Program-made: the position numbers and the translations under genes
Part shown: positions 48,251 to 58,988 of the stretch, piece after piece
How positions within the stretch are numbered: position 1 is the stretch's first letter
How the letters are laid out: every line of letters starts with the position of its first letter
Origin: an uncultured Planctomycetia bacterium
GTDB lineage: Bacteria > Omnitrophota > Gorgyraeia > Duberdicusellales > 4484-171
Length of the DNA: 64,000 nt
Reading direction: 5' to 3'
NCBI GenBank assembly: GCA_964629655.1
Contig: CAZVQU010000002.1
Coordinates: 460,878 to 524,877, forward strand
Notes under the pieces: model-generated
What the model was told of the DNA's origin: nothing
Seen by the model: the letters and a program-made list of their open reading frames with translations, nothing else
The model's database searches: none

Positions 48251-48292
48251 AAGAAAAACCCCACAGTCGTTTAAAACTGTAGGGTTTTCTTG
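48251..48292. terminator. Intrinsic terminator for tRNA-Met, usable in both directions
   Basis: Stem 48255-48267 / 48276-48288 (AAAACCCCACAGT…ACTGTAGGGTTTT, one mismatch) with an 8-nt loop. T-runs follow on both strands. Confidence 0.6.
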
Positions 48293-48299
48293 AGAATAC

Positions 48300-48376
48300 T
48301 GGTTGCGGGGACAAGATTTGAACTTGTGACCTCAAGGTTATGAGCCTTGCGAGCTACCAGACTGCTCCACCCCGCG
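48300..48376 (-). tRNA. tRNA-Met (anticodon CAT) with initiator features
   Basis: Cloverleaf CGCGGGG…CUCAUAA…CCCCGCAACCA. It has a C1:A72 mismatch, A11:U24 and an encoded CCA. Confidence 0.9.
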
Positions 48377-48399
48377 AAATTACTACCTATGTTAACAAC

Positions 48400-48696
48400 T
48401 TATTCTTTGATGTCAATAACTATTTCGCCCTCTTTGGCTATTCCCAACTCTTCACGGGCGATTTTTTCATAAAGATAAGGATCTTTTCCTACCCTTTTAA
48501 GTTTCTCTTCGTAATCAACTATCTCCTCAATAAGTTCTGTGTTCTCCAAGGTAAGTCTTTTATTCTCATCTCTTAGCTTCTTCAACCTGGCATAGTTAGG
48601 AAAATAAATCACCATAGCCAAGATAAATAAACAAAGGGTAAACGCTGATACCCTTACCCACTTATTACTACTTATGTTTAAAAGTTTTTCCACCAT
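48400..48696 (-). CDS. ftsB: Septum formation initiator (FtsB/DivIC-like)
   Basis: 98 aa with an N-terminal TM helix and a coiled coil. Immediately downstream of eno, with a 29-nt overlap. Confidence 0.6.
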   Translation of the reverse strand: MVEKLLNISSNKWVRVSAFTLCLFILAMVIYFPNYARLKKLRDENKRLTLENTELIEEIVDYEEKLKRVGKDPYLYEKIAREELGIAKEGEIVIDIKE

Positions 48697-49936
48697 AACG
48701 AGCCTTTTTACCTAACTCCTCTTCTATCCTTAATAGCTCATTATACTTAGCAACTCTGTCTGTCCTTGAAAGCGAGCCGGTCTTAATCTGGCCGCAGGCT
48801 TTTCCAACTGCCAGGTGTGCAATCGTCGTATCCTCAGTTTCACCAGAACGATGAGAAATTACTGAAGTATAACCTGCCCTTGAAGCCATATCAATTGCTG
48901 CCAGAGTCTCTGATAAGGTTCCGATTTGGTTTACCTTAATGAGAATCGAATTAGATATTTTGTTATCTATTCCCTGCTTTAATTTCTTGGTATTGGTAAC
49001 AAATAAATCATCACCAACAATCTGAATCTTCTTGCCTAATTTTTTGGTAAGATTAGCCCAGCCTTCCCAATCATTCTCGTCTAGGCCATCTTCTATTGAG
49101 ATAATCGGATATTTCTTAACTATTCCGTAGTAGAAATCAATCATATACTTTGAATCCCTCTTTTTACCTTCAAAAATGTAGCTTCCCTTCTTATAGAATG
49201 AGCTTGCTGCCGGATCAAGTGCAAGAGCTACTTCCTCCCCCGGCTTATAACCAGCAGCTTTAATCGCTGCGATTATAAGTTCAAGAGCCTCTTCGTTACT
49301 CTTTAGGTTAGGGGCAAATCCACCCTCATCACCTACTGAAGTTGAGAGCTTTTTCTTCTTTAAGATTGCCTTTAAGCTATGGAAAACTTCTACTGCCGCC
49401 TGGATAGCTTTGCTAAACTTAGTAAAACCTAAAGGAGCAATCATAAACTCTTGAATATCCAGGTTATTATCAGCATGAAGGCCGCCATTTAGAATATTCA
49501 TCAATGGAAGAGGCAAAAGATTTGCTTTCACTCCTCCTAAATACTTATAAAGCGGCACTCCCCTAGAGTTAGCCGTTGCTTTTGCCACTGCTAATGATAC
49601 ACCGAGTATAGCATTAGCTCCCAGCTTAGCCTTATTAGGTGTTCCGTCGAGTTTAAGAAGCAGTTTGTCAATCTTACGAAAGTTTGCATCTTTGCCTTTC
49701 ACCTTAGGTGCGATTTTCTTATTGACATTGTTGACTGCCTTTAAAACTCCTTTCCCTGAAAACCTCTTCTTATCCCCATCGCGAAGCTCTAAGGCTTCAA
49801 ATTCCCCGGTTGATGCACCTGAAGGGACTATTGCTCTACCAAAAGCACCGTTGCTTAAGGCTACGTCTACCTCAATAGTAGGGTTTCCTCTGGAGTCAAT
49901 CACTTCTCTTGCTTTTACTAATTTAATCTTAGACAT
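48668..49936 (-). CDS. eno: Enolase
   Basis: 422 aa with full enolase signatures. Confidence 0.95.
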   Translation of the reverse strand: MSKIKLVKAREVIDSRGNPTIEVDVALSNGAFGRAIVPSGASTGEFEALELRDGDKKRFSGKGVLKAVNNVNKKIAPKVKGKDANFRKIDKLLLKLDGTPNKAKLGANAILGVSLAVAKATANSRGVPLYKYLGGVKANLLPLPLMNILNGGLHADNNLDIQEFMIAPLGFTKFSKAIQAAVEVFHSLKAILKKKKLSTSVGDEGGFAPNLKSNEEALELIIAAIKAAGYKPGEEVALALDPAASSFYKKGSYIFEGKKRDSKYMIDFYYGIVKKYPIISIEDGLDENDWEGWANLTKKLGKKIQIVGDDLFVTNTKKLKQGIDNKISNSILIKVNQIGTLSETLAAIDMASRAGYTSVISHRSGETEDTTIAHLAVGKACGQIKTGSLSRTDRVAKYNELLRIEEELGKKARYGGKTFKHK

Positions 49937-50024
49937 ACGCCTCCTTTCTTTGATAAGGATAAAGAATGAGGGTCAAAGGATAAAATAACTTAACCTTAAA
50001 CTCAAACCTTATGCCTTTTTCTCT

Positions 50025-50567
50025 TTACTCTGCTTCCTGTACTTGGGTTTCACTTGGCCGTTGGTAAAGACCGACTAGCTTAGCTTCAGCGATAATATGA
50101 CCCTGCATAGCCTCGATAATATCCTTTTTAGATACTCCTTCTTCTAAGGCCAAGACGTCATCTAGGGCATAGAGCCTGAAAGAATAGCGGTGGGCCTTAC
50201 CCGACGGTGGACAAGGTCCCTGATAACCCACTTTACCAAAATCATTCATACCTTCGATAATAGACAATTTAGCTAATTCTTCTTTAGAAATACCTTCTTT
50301 TAACCCCTTTGTTTCGGGAAGTATATTAAAAACTACCCAGTGGACCCAGATCTTAAAAGAAGCATCGGGATCATCACAAATAAGAACAAGGCTCTTGGTC
50401 TTCTCGGGAAGATCGCTCCAACCTAACGGCGGAGAAAAATCCTGAGCATCACAAGTATAGCGGTCAGGGATATACCCTTTATGCTCAAAGACCTCACTTT
50501 GAAACTCAAAAGCAAAGGCTGCCTGGGCCATAAAGGTAACAAGTAAAAAAGATATGATTTTCTTCAT
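50025..50567 (-). CDS. Secreted PEBP-family protein (YbhB/YbcL-like)
   Basis: 180 aa with a signal peptide, plus DPDAS…WVHW and GYQGPCPP…HRY motifs. Confidence 0.8.
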   Translation of the reverse strand: MKKIISFLLVTFMAQAAFAFEFQSEVFEHKGYIPDRYTCDAQDFSPPLGWSDLPEKTKSLVLICDDPDASFKIWVHWVVFNILPETKGLKEGISKEELAKLSIIEGMNDFGKVGYQGPCPPSGKAHRYSFRLYALDDVLALEEGVSKKDIIEAMQGHIIAEAKLVGLYQRPSETQVQEAE

Positions 50568-50581
50568 TTTATCTCCCTAGG

Positions 50582-51736
50582 CTAAATAAGCCTATTTTTA
50601 AAAACCTGCTTTAATTTACTCTTATCGATAGTTAAAGCAAACCTAATGAATCCCTTTCCGTATTTTCCAAACCCTACTCCGGGAGTAGCAATGATTCTCT
50701 TCTCGGTAAGTAAGTACTTACTAAAATCTAATGAAGATTTAAAGCCTGATGGAATCCTGGCCCAGACGTAAAAGGTAGAATCAGCATAAATATTATTAAA
50801 ACCAGACTTATTTAAATTATCTACAAAGTAATCTCGCCTTGCCCTTATTGTTTTCCGTAGCTTATTTACATAGCCGGCCTCTTTTTCTAAAGCTTGGATG
50901 CCAGCTTCTTGGATTGCCCCAAAGATTCCCGAATCAACATTAGCCTTTACCTTTAATAACGACTTAATGAGATCTCTATTGCCGCAAGCCCAGCCAACTC
51001 GCAAACCGGTTACACAAAAAGTTTTAGATAAAGAGTGGAATTCTATAGCTACTTCTTTGGCTCCCCTAACCTCTAAAATACTATGGGGCTTCTGATTGAA
51101 GTAGACTTCAGAATAAGCATTATCGTAGGCAAGAATAATTCCATACTTTGAACAAAACTTAATTAATTCTCTTAGAAAACTAAGCGGTGCTAAAGCTGTA
51201 GTGGGATTATTCGGGTAATTTAAATAAATTACCTTTGCCTTATTGCGTACATTTACCGGAATCTTTGAAAGCTCCGGCAAAAACTTATTTTTCTCAAGGA
51301 GTCCGATTTCATGAACTCTTGCTGAAGCAAAAATAGCTGCCCCCCTATAACCAGGATAACCTGGTGAAGGAATAATAACGTAATCACCTCTATTTACTAC
51401 TCCCAAAGGAAAGTGCACAAGGCCTTCCTTGGAGCCAATTAAGGGTAGAATCTCCCTGTCTTGGTCTAAGGAGACTGCAAATCTCTTAGTAAACCATTTC
51501 TTGATGGTTTTGCGAAACTTATCCTTTCCCTGGTCAAGGGCATACTTCTGGTTCGCCTTTACTCCAGAGGCAGTTGCTAAAGCCTTAAGCATCCCCAAAG
51601 GTGCATCTATGTCAGGATCACCAATACTTAGATCAATAAACTTAACCTTCTTTCTTCTAAGCTCACTCTTCTTCCGATCAATTTCAGCAAATAGATAGGG
51701 AGGCAAGCGCTTCAACCTATTTGATAATTTCCACAT
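50582..51736 (-). CDS. dapL: LL-diaminopimelate aminotransferase (DapL-type class I aminotransferase)
   Basis: 384 aa with N-terminal LPPYLFAEI…IDLSIGDPD typical of DapL and a PLP-Lys region (SLSKTF). Adjacent to dapB-dapA-dapF-lysA, with no dapD or dapE. Confidence 0.65.
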   Translation of the reverse strand: MWKLSNRLKRLPPYLFAEIDRKKSELRRKKVKFIDLSIGDPDIDAPLGMLKALATASGVKANQKYALDQGKDKFRKTIKKWFTKRFAVSLDQDREILPLIGSKEGLVHFPLGVVNRGDYVIIPSPGYPGYRGAAIFASARVHEIGLLEKNKFLPELSKIPVNVRNKAKVIYLNYPNNPTTALAPLSFLRELIKFCSKYGIILAYDNAYSEVYFNQKPHSILEVRGAKEVAIEFHSLSKTFCVTGLRVGWACGNRDLIKSLLKVKANVDSGIFGAIQEAGIQALEKEAGYVNKLRKTIRARRDYFVDNLNKSGFNNIYADSTFYVWARIPSGFKSSLDFSKYLLTEKRIIATPGVGFGKYGKGFIRFALTIDKSKLKQVFKNRLI

Positions 51737-51760
51737 CTTCTACTCTCCTGTTATTACCTT

Positions 51761-52480
51761 TTAGTTGGATAAAACATCGTCGATTGAGTAAAGCCCCGGC
51801 TGCTCACCGGCAATCCATCCGGCAGCCAAAAGAGCCCCCTGGGCAAAGATATCCCGGGTTTTAGCACTATGGCTTAATTCGATTTTATCTACCTCGCTCT
51901 CAAAGACTACTTTGTGATCTCCGATAATCTCATCGTACCTGTCAGCTTTAATATCTTCTACCTTTATATTGAATCCTTGTTCGTTGATAATTTCAGCTAT
52001 TTTCTTAGCAGTACCAGAAGGGGCATCCTTTTTGTGAACATGGTGTGCTTCTTGGATACTGGCTTGATAGCCCTTTAAGATACCTGCAGCTATCTTCAGC
52101 AACCTAAACAGAAGATTTACCCCTATGCTCATATTAGGAGAAAATACAATAGGTATACTTTTGGCAGCTTTTCTTATTTTATCCTGCGCTCTCCTGTCTA
52201 GACCGGTAGTACCGATAACCATGCACTTTTTAAACTTAACTGCATAGTCTAAGCACTCTAGAGTAGCCGCAGGCACGCTAAAATCAATCAGGCAATCGCA
52301 AGTTTCTATGCTATCAAAATCAGCACTAATTTTAACCTTATCAATAGTCTTGCCGACTTCAGGGTGATTCTTATCCTCTAGGCCAAAAACAATTTCTAAA
52401 TCTTCAGAACCAGAGGCTAAGGCAATAATTCTCTTGCCCATCTTGCCGCTTGCGCCGCTTACGCCAACTTTAACCATCAA
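51761..52480 (-). CDS. dapB: 4-hydroxy-tetrahydrodipicolinate reductase
   Basis: 239 aa (VGVSGASGKMGKRI). Confidence 0.9.
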   Translation of the reverse strand: MMVKVGVSGASGKMGKRIIALASGSEDLEIVFGLEDKNHPEVGKTIDKVKISADFDSIETCDCLIDFSVPAATLECLDYAVKFKKCMVIGTTGLDRRAQDKIRKAAKSIPIVFSPNMSIGVNLLFRLLKIAAGILKGYQASIQEAHHVHKKDAPSGTAKKIAEIINEQGFNIKVEDIKADRYDEIIGDHKVVFESEVDKIELSHSAKTRDIFAQGALLAAGWIAGEQPGLYSIDDVLSN

Positions 52481-52485
52481 ACCTC

Positions 52486-53364
52486 CTAAATCAACTTATA
52501 CTTTTTAAGTATTTTCTTGAGCTTATCTAGATTAGCTGCACTGATCTCACAGAGCGGTAATCTCATATTAGGCTTAATAATCTTCATTAACCCTAAAGCA
52601 GTCTTTACCGGTATAGGGTTAGTTTCAATGAAGAGTGCCTTAATTATACCATAAAGATAGAGCTGCAGACGCTTAGCCTCTGCTAAATTGCCTTCTAAGA
52701 AACTAGTTACTAAATCATGGGTTTCCTTAGGCATAATATTAGCTACCACAGAAACTGCTCCGGCTGCGCCAATAGAAAGTGCCGGTAAATTAGTCTCATC
52801 GCTGCCTGAGAATAACAAAAACTTATCATCGACTAAGGTCATAACCCTAGTAATTTGGTCTAGAGAACCGCTAGCCTCTTTTATACCTACAATGTTCTTA
52901 CAATCCTTATAGAGCCTGGCTACAGTCTCAGGTAAGATATTGCTCCCAGTCCGGGAAGGAACATTATAGATAATAATCGAGATGTCTACTGAATCAGCTA
53001 TTTTTTTAAAGTGCTGGTAGAGCCCTTCCTGAGTAGGCCGGTTGTAATAAGGAGTAATGACTAAAGAATAGTCAGCACCTACCTCCTTAGCATAACTAGC
53101 TAAATTGAGAGCTTCCTCGGTAGAGTTAGAACCGCAACCAGCCAAAACCGGTATCCTCCCCTTTACATGAGTAACTGCCAATTCAATTATCTTCCTGTGT
53201 TCGGGATGAGTTAAAGTTGCGCTCTCTCCGGTAGTGCCGCAGACTAATATACCGTCTGTACCTTTTTCGATGTGCCAATCAATTAACTTCTTAAGCTCAT
53301 CGTCTTTTATCTGACCTTGGTTATCAAATGGTGTAACCAGAGCCACAATACTTCCCTTTAACAT
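52486..53364 (-). CDS. dapA: 4-hydroxy-tetrahydrodipicolinate synthase
   Basis: 292 aa DHDPS TIM-barrel (GTTGES…). Confidence 0.85.
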   Translation of the reverse strand: MLKGSIVALVTPFDNQGQIKDDELKKLIDWHIEKGTDGILVCGTTGESATLTHPEHRKIIELAVTHVKGRIPVLAGCGSNSTEEALNLASYAKEVGADYSLVITPYYNRPTQEGLYQHFKKIADSVDISIIIYNVPSRTGSNILPETVARLYKDCKNIVGIKEASGSLDQITRVMTLVDDKFLLFSGSDETNLPALSIGAAGAVSVVANIMPKETHDLVTSFLEGNLAEAKRLQLYLYGIIKALFIETNPIPVKTALGLMKIIKPNMRLPLCEISAANLDKLKKILKKYKLI

Positions 53365-53375
53365 GTTTCCCCCTT

Positions 53376-54212
53376 TTATATTTTCTTAATTTTTCCCTTA
53401 TAAACTAAATAGGCTTTCCCTTCTAACCAAACATTATCTATTCTTTTTAACAGGTCAAAAGTAACCTTCAAAACATCTTTACTCATAGTTCTAACAGAAA
53501 GTCTAACTGCTTTCTTCTGCCTGATCCTAGGATTAAGCTTAAACCAAGAGATAATCGCTGAGGCTATCGACCCGGTACCGCAAGCTAAAGTTTCAGCTTC
53601 TACTCCTCTCTCGTAAGTTCTTACCGAAAGAGTGTCCTTTCCCTTTATCTCTACAAAATTAACATTAGTTCCAGCCGGCTTAAATTGCTTATGAAATCTT
53701 ATCTCTCTGCCTATTTTGTCTACATCAATTTTTTCTAGGCCCTGAACAAAAATAACTGCATGAGGCACACCGGTATTAATAAAATTTACCTTTATCTTAC
53801 GCCCTGAGACCTTAAGTGGCAGATCTAACTTCAAGCCAAAAGGAGCAGAGGTTTTTATTTTTACGAAAGCCCGGCTGCCTTTGCCTTTAACTTTAGCCTC
53901 AATAATTCCGGCTTCGGTCTCAAATTTTATGTCTTTTTTTCCGGTCAGGCAAGCCCAAAGCCCTGCTGAACGGGCGCCATTACCACACATTTCTGCCTCC
54001 GAACCATCAGCGTTGAAAATTCTCATCCTAAAAAGTGCTTTCTTTGAAGGTTGGATTACCAATACTCCGTCAGCACCAATACCTAATTTGCGAGAGCAAT
54101 ACTTTCTTGCAAACTTCTTACAAAAAGCACTACTGAACTTAGCCTTGGAATTATCAAGAAGAATAAAATCATTGCCTGAAGCTTGTAATTTGTAAAACTC
54201 TATTTTTTCCAT
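53376..54212 (-). CDS. dapF: Diaminopimelate epimerase
   Basis: 278 aa (QASGNDFILLD; catalytic Cys in CGNG). Confidence 0.85.
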   Translation of the reverse strand: MEKIEFYKLQASGNDFILLDNSKAKFSSAFCKKFARKYCSRKLGIGADGVLVIQPSKKALFRMRIFNADGSEAEMCGNGARSAGLWACLTGKKDIKFETEAGIIEAKVKGKGSRAFVKIKTSAPFGLKLDLPLKVSGRKIKVNFINTGVPHAVIFVQGLEKIDVDKIGREIRFHKQFKPAGTNVNFVEIKGKDTLSVRTYERGVEAETLACGTGSIASAIISWFKLNPRIRQKKAVRLSVRTMSKDVLKVTFDLLKRIDNVWLEGKAYLVYKGKIKKI

Positions 54213-54221
54213 TCTCTCACT

Positions 54222-55469
54222 CTAAACAATAATTTCGCCTTTAATTAAATCCTGATAGTTTTCTCTCTTTCTGATTAGACGGGCTCGTTTATTCTTTACT
54301 AATACCTCGGCTAATCTTAGGCGAGAATTGTAATTAGAACTCATGCTAAAACCATAGGCTCCGGCTCCTAAAACAGCAATATAATCTCCGGCCTTAGTTT
54401 TTATCTTTCTCCCCTTACCTAGAAAATCTCCGCTCTCACAAACCGGACCAACAATATCAGCAGTCTTTGCTGACTTTTTGCTCGAACTCTTAGTTAAAGA
54501 AACTATTTTGTGATAAGCCTGGTAAAGAGAAGGCCGAGCTAAATCATTCATGGCAGCATCAATAATGACAAAATCCTTCTGGGCAGTCTCTTTTACATAA
54601 ATAACCTTAGCTACCAGGATCCCGGCATTACCAACGATAAACCTTCCTGGCTCTAAGATAATCTTTAAGCCCGACTGCTTAAGCAAGGGGGATATCTTCT
54701 TAGCAAATTCCTTAGCAGTCTGGGGTCTCTCTTTATCATAGACTATGCCAAGGCCTCCGCCGATATTAAGATACTCTAGTTTTATCCCTTTGCTCTTTAA
54801 TTCCCTTATAACTCTATTAGCTTTCTTAAAAGTCTCTACGAACGGTGCTGCCTTAGTAATCTGTGAACCAATATGCATATGAATTCCGACAATCTTTAAG
54901 TTTGGATACTTATCTTGGGAAGTAAAAATGCACTTTAAGGTCCCTTCATCGATACCAAACTTAGTCTCTTTCTTGCCAGTAGTAATATAAGCATGAGTTC
55001 CCGGCAAAACGTCAGGATTAAAACGCAGAGCCACCTTAGTCTTCTTTCCCAACCTACCGGAAATCTTATTGACCCGGGCAAGCTCAGGCTTTGACTCTAT
55101 ATTAAACATTAATATTCCGTAGTTTATAGCATCTTTTATCTCAGCATCAGTTTTACCCACAGAAGCATAGACTATTCTCTTAGCTGGACACTTTATTCTC
55201 TTAGCCCGATAAAGCTCTCCTCCGGAAACAATATCTAGGCCTGAACCCTTAGAAGTGAGTAGCTTTAGTAAGGAAAGATTAGAATTAGCCTTAACCGAAT
55301 AACAAATCAATGGCTTTAAAGAAGAAAAAGCACTCTTTAATTTTAAAAAGTGGCTAAGGATAGTCTTAGCGCTATAGACATACAAAGGAGTGCCAAACTT
55401 AGAAGCTAGACCCCTAACCTTTATGTTCTCGCAATACAAGTTACCTTTCTTAAAGCTAAAATAATGCAT
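54222..55469 (-). CDS. lysA: Diaminopimelate decarboxylase
   Basis: 415 aa fold-III PLP decarboxylase in a dap context. Confidence 0.85.
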   Translation of the reverse strand: MHYFSFKKGNLYCENIKVRGLASKFGTPLYVYSAKTILSHFLKLKSAFSSLKPLICYSVKANSNLSLLKLLTSKGSGLDIVSGGELYRAKRIKCPAKRIVYASVGKTDAEIKDAINYGILMFNIESKPELARVNKISGRLGKKTKVALRFNPDVLPGTHAYITTGKKETKFGIDEGTLKCIFTSQDKYPNLKIVGIHMHIGSQITKAAPFVETFKKANRVIRELKSKGIKLEYLNIGGGLGIVYDKERPQTAKEFAKKISPLLKQSGLKIILEPGRFIVGNAGILVAKVIYVKETAQKDFVIIDAAMNDLARPSLYQAYHKIVSLTKSSSKKSAKTADIVGPVCESGDFLGKGRKIKTKAGDYIAVLGAGAYGFSMSSNYNSRLRLAEVLVKNKRARLIRKRENYQDLIKGEIIV

Positions 55470-55475
55470 TTTGGT

Positions 55476-56870
55476 TTACTTAAGCCTAGAGGGTTTTGCA
55501 GAAGTGGTTTTTCTAGGCGCCGACAAAGACTTCTTCGACGACACAGCATACTTGGGATTCATTATCTTCCTTATGTCCTTATGGGTTAACTTCCGATGAA
55601 ATTTCTTTAAAACTCTATCAGACATATCCTTTACCTTAATTTCTTCATCTTCAGAGTAACGGATAAGCTTACCAACGATCTCATGGGCATGCCTAAAAGC
55701 AACGCCACGGTAAACCAAAAATTCTACTAGTTCGGTAGCATAAAGCTCTTCATCTTCCAAGGCCTGATTCAGCCGCTTCTCGTTAAGCTCTATTTTGCCT
55801 ATAAGGTCAACTGTAATCCTTAGCTCCTTCTTAATTGTCTCCACTGATGAAAAGAGCGGCTCTTTATCTAACTGCATATCCCGGTTATAAGTTAAAGGTA
55901 ATCCCTTCATAGTAGTGAGGACTGCGATTAAGTTTCCGTAGACCTTGCCGGTATTACCACGAACTAACTCTAAAAAATCAGGGTTTTTCTTATGGGGCAT
56001 CAAAGATGAACCGGTACAGAACTCCTCTGGCAAATCGAAAAATCCAAACTCCTTGGTAGAGTAAAGAATAAAATCTTCAGCCATACGAGAAAGATGCATC
56101 TGCATAATTGATAATATGTTTAAGAACTCAATAACAAAATCCCGGCTAGCAACATTATCCAAAGGATTCCTTACTGCTAAGGACTTTGAACGTAGAGACA
56201 TAGATTTGGTCTTCTCCAGAAACTTCTTTAAGGCTTCACTATAGGCAGACCTAGGTATAGCACTTCCGGCTAAAGCCCCAGAACCGATATATATAGACGA
56301 CTTCTTCAGGAAAGCGTCTAGCCTCTCAAAATCCCGCTCAAACATGCAGAAGAAAGCTCCGGTGTAACTTAAGAAAGATACTACCTGCGCTCTCTGAGTA
56401 TGGGTATAACCAGGAATATAACAATCACGATAGCGATTACCAAAGTGATTTAGAGAAGACAGGATTACATTAAGAAGGCTAAGAATATATATGCCCTCTT
56501 TATAACAATACCACTTCTCATCAAAGACCACTTGATCATTCCTTGACCTTAAGGTATGCAGCTTGGCGGCTAACTGGCCCACTTTCTTCTCTACCCGGTC
56601 TTCGATATCACTATGGATATCCTCAGCGCCCAGGTTAGGCTTAAATTTTTCTTCTCGCACCTCTTTAAAAATCTCATTTAAAGCTATGGTTAGTATCTTA
56701 GCTTCAGTGCTATTTAGGAGGCCGGCTTCTTTAAGAGCAGTAACATGAATAATAGAGTGGTAGATATCATATTCAGCTAGCCTATAGTCATATTGGATAG
56801 ACTTCTGAAATTGGAAAAAGTCTTTGTTAATTTCCTTCTTGAACCTTCCACCCCAAAGTTTCTTAACCAT
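55476..56870 (-). CDS. argH: Argininosuccinate lyase
   Basis: 464 aa. Confidence 0.9.
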   Translation of the reverse strand: MVKKLWGGRFKKEINKDFFQFQKSIQYDYRLAEYDIYHSIIHVTALKEAGLLNSTEAKILTIALNEIFKEVREEKFKPNLGAEDIHSDIEDRVEKKVGQLAAKLHTLRSRNDQVVFDEKWYCYKEGIYILSLLNVILSSLNHFGNRYRDCYIPGYTHTQRAQVVSFLSYTGAFFCMFERDFERLDAFLKKSSIYIGSGALAGSAIPRSAYSEALKKFLEKTKSMSLRSKSLAVRNPLDNVASRDFVIEFLNILSIMQMHLSRMAEDFILYSTKEFGFFDLPEEFCTGSSLMPHKKNPDFLELVRGNTGKVYGNLIAVLTTMKGLPLTYNRDMQLDKEPLFSSVETIKKELRITVDLIGKIELNEKRLNQALEDEELYATELVEFLVYRGVAFRHAHEIVGKLIRYSEDEEIKVKDMSDRVLKKFHRKLTHKDIRKIMNPKYAVSSKKSLSAPRKTTSAKPSRLK

Positions 56871-56885
56871 ATTACACCTCTGTTA

Positions 56886-58058
56886 TTATCCGATAAAAGG
56901 CTGACTCCAAATATTTATAAACCCTTGGGCCCACTCCCGATTAAATTTATCGCCCTTTCCATAAGTAGCTAGTTCTTGCCGATACAAGGAAAGAGGTGAA
57001 CTCCTCTTGGCAACAATAATATTACCCTTGCATAGTTTAAGGGTAATCCTACCGCTTACTGCATCTTGAGTCCCCTCTATGAAACTATCTAAAGATTCTT
57101 TTAAAGTGCTAAACCATAGGCCTTGATAGACCAACTGAGAGTACTTTAAAGCTACTACCTCTTTAAAATATAAGGTCTCCCGGTCTAAGACTAAACTTTC
57201 TAATTCCTTGTGAGCAGCATACAAGATCCAGGCTGCCGGAGCCTCATAGACCTCTCGGGACTTTATACCTACCACCCTGTCTTCCACTAAATCGGTTCGC
57301 CCGATACTGTGCTTGCCGCCAATTTTATTTAACCTCTCAATTAAAGTAACTAAATCTAGCGCCTTATTATTTAATTTTATCGGCTTTCCTTTTTTAAACT
57401 CAATAGTTACAGACTGAGGTTTAGTTGGCGCTTTTTTCAAACTCTGAGTAAGAATAAAAGCATCCTCTCCGGGCTGATTATTCAAGTTCTCTAAAATTCC
57501 AGCCTCAATACTTACCCCCCAGATATTCTGATCAATGCTATAAATCTTCTTCTTGGTGGCTGATATCGGGATTTTCTTCTTCCTGGCATAAGCAATTTCA
57601 CTTTCCCGTGAGGTTAACTCCCACTTGCGCAATGGAGCGATAACTTTTAGTTTAGGATTTAAAGCCTTTACCCCCACTTCTATCCTTACCTGATCATTAC
57701 CCTTGGCAGTACAACCATGAGCAACGAATGAAGCTTTCTCTTTTTTAGCCACTTCAACCAGATGCTTAGCTATTAACGGCCGGCCTAAGGCAGTATTAAG
57801 AAGATACTTGCCCTGATAAAGGGCACCGGCTTTTAAACAGGGAAGAATATATTCTTCGGCAAATTCCTTCTTTAAGTCTTTGACATAAAGTTTTACCCCT
57901 CCAGACTTTGCTACCTTCTTCTTTAACTGCTCAGGCGAAAACTCACTGCCTAAGTCAGCTGAAAAACAAACTATCTCAAATCCCTGATCCTTAAGCCATT
58001 CCAGGCAGCAAGAAGTATCCAATCCACCAGAATAAGCTAAAACTAATTTTTTCATCAT
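56886..58058 (-). CDS. argG: Argininosuccinate synthase
   Basis: 390 aa (AYSGGLDTS). Confidence 0.9.
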   Translation of the reverse strand: MMKKLVLAYSGGLDTSCCLEWLKDQGFEIVCFSADLGSEFSPEQLKKKVAKSGGVKLYVKDLKKEFAEEYILPCLKAGALYQGKYLLNTALGRPLIAKHLVEVAKKEKASFVAHGCTAKGNDQVRIEVGVKALNPKLKVIAPLRKWELTSRESEIAYARKKKIPISATKKKIYSIDQNIWGVSIEAGILENLNNQPGEDAFILTQSLKKAPTKPQSVTIEFKKGKPIKLNNKALDLVTLIERLNKIGGKHSIGRTDLVEDRVVGIKSREVYEAPAAWILYAAHKELESLVLDRETLYFKEVVALKYSQLVYQGLWFSTLKESLDSFIEGTQDAVSGRITLKLCKGNIIVAKRSSPLSLYRQELATYGKGDKFNREWAQGFINIWSQPFIG

Positions 58059-58062
58059 CTTC

Positions 58063-58977
58063 TTACTTTTTTAAAATATAGGTAAGAATCGCCTTTGCTG
58101 TATGCAGGCGATTTTCAGCCTGTTGAAAAACAACTGAATGCTTACCGTCGATAACTGAAGAGGTAATCTCCTCCCCGCGATGGGCCGGAAGACAATGCAT
58201 CACAATCGCATCATCCTTCGCCCTGTTTAAGATTTTATCATCGATTCGAAAGTTTTTAAAAGCTTTTTTTCGTTCCTTGGTCTCACCCTCTTTACCCATA
58301 GATGTCCAAACATCAGTATATAAAACATCGGCATCCTTGGCTACCTCGGCAGCAGAATCGGTAAGGTTAACTTTAGCTCCCGAAACCCTATGGTAACTTT
58401 TAACCTCATCTAGAATACTCTTATAGGGCCTATAACCCTTAGGAATAGCTAAGTGTAAATTCCCGCCTAAGACAGAAAAAGCATAGATTAAAGAATTACA
58501 GACATTATTACCATCACCAACATAAGCTACTTTTAGCTTTCTTAGGCTTCCTTTTAACTCTTGAATCGTCAGTATATCAGCTAAAGCCTGTGAAGGATGT
58601 AGGAGATCACTCAGAGCATTTACTACCGGAATTGAAGAGATTTCTGAGAATTTTAAAATGCTACCGTGAGAAAAAGTTCGCACCACTACTACATCCAAAT
58701 AGACCGAAAGCGTCCGGGCAACATCAGCAACCTCTTCCCGCTGGCCCAGCTTCACCTCTTGAGGAGAATAATAAATTGCCTTGGCACCTAGCTGTTGAGC
58801 TCCGATATAAAATGCAGTTTTAGTCCTTAGGGATGCTTTTTCAAAAAGTAAACCTACAGATTTTCCTTCAAGAATATTCTTAGATGTTTGAGGCTTCTTC
58901 TTCATCTGGGCAGCTAAATCTAGCATCTCACTCAGTTCTTTAGAAGAAAAATATTTTAGGGAAACAAAATGGCTCAT
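58063..58977 (-). CDS. argF: Ornithine carbamoyltransferase
   Basis: 304 aa (STRTK/SLRTK, DVWTSMG, HCLP). Confidence 0.85.
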   Translation of the reverse strand: MSHFVSLKYFSSKELSEMLDLAAQMKKKPQTSKNILEGKSVGLLFEKASLRTKTAFYIGAQQLGAKAIYYSPQEVKLGQREEVADVARTLSVYLDVVVVRTFSHGSILKFSEISSIPVVNALSDLLHPSQALADILTIQELKGSLRKLKVAYVGDGNNVCNSLIYAFSVLGGNLHLAIPKGYRPYKSILDEVKSYHRVSGAKVNLTDSAAEVAKDADVLYTDVWTSMGKEGETKERKKAFKNFRIDDKILNRAKDDAIVMHCLPAHRGEEITSSVIDGKHSVVFQQAENRLHTAKAILTYILKK

Positions 58978-58988
58978 TGCAAAATGCT

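Noticed and set aside
48380-48440. Promoter for tRNA-Met inside the 3' end of the ftsB-like ORF (TTGACA-17-AACATA on the minus strand)
   Set aside because: The -10 is weak. The tRNA may instead be processed from the eno-ftsB transcript. Evidence is insufficient for a feature call.
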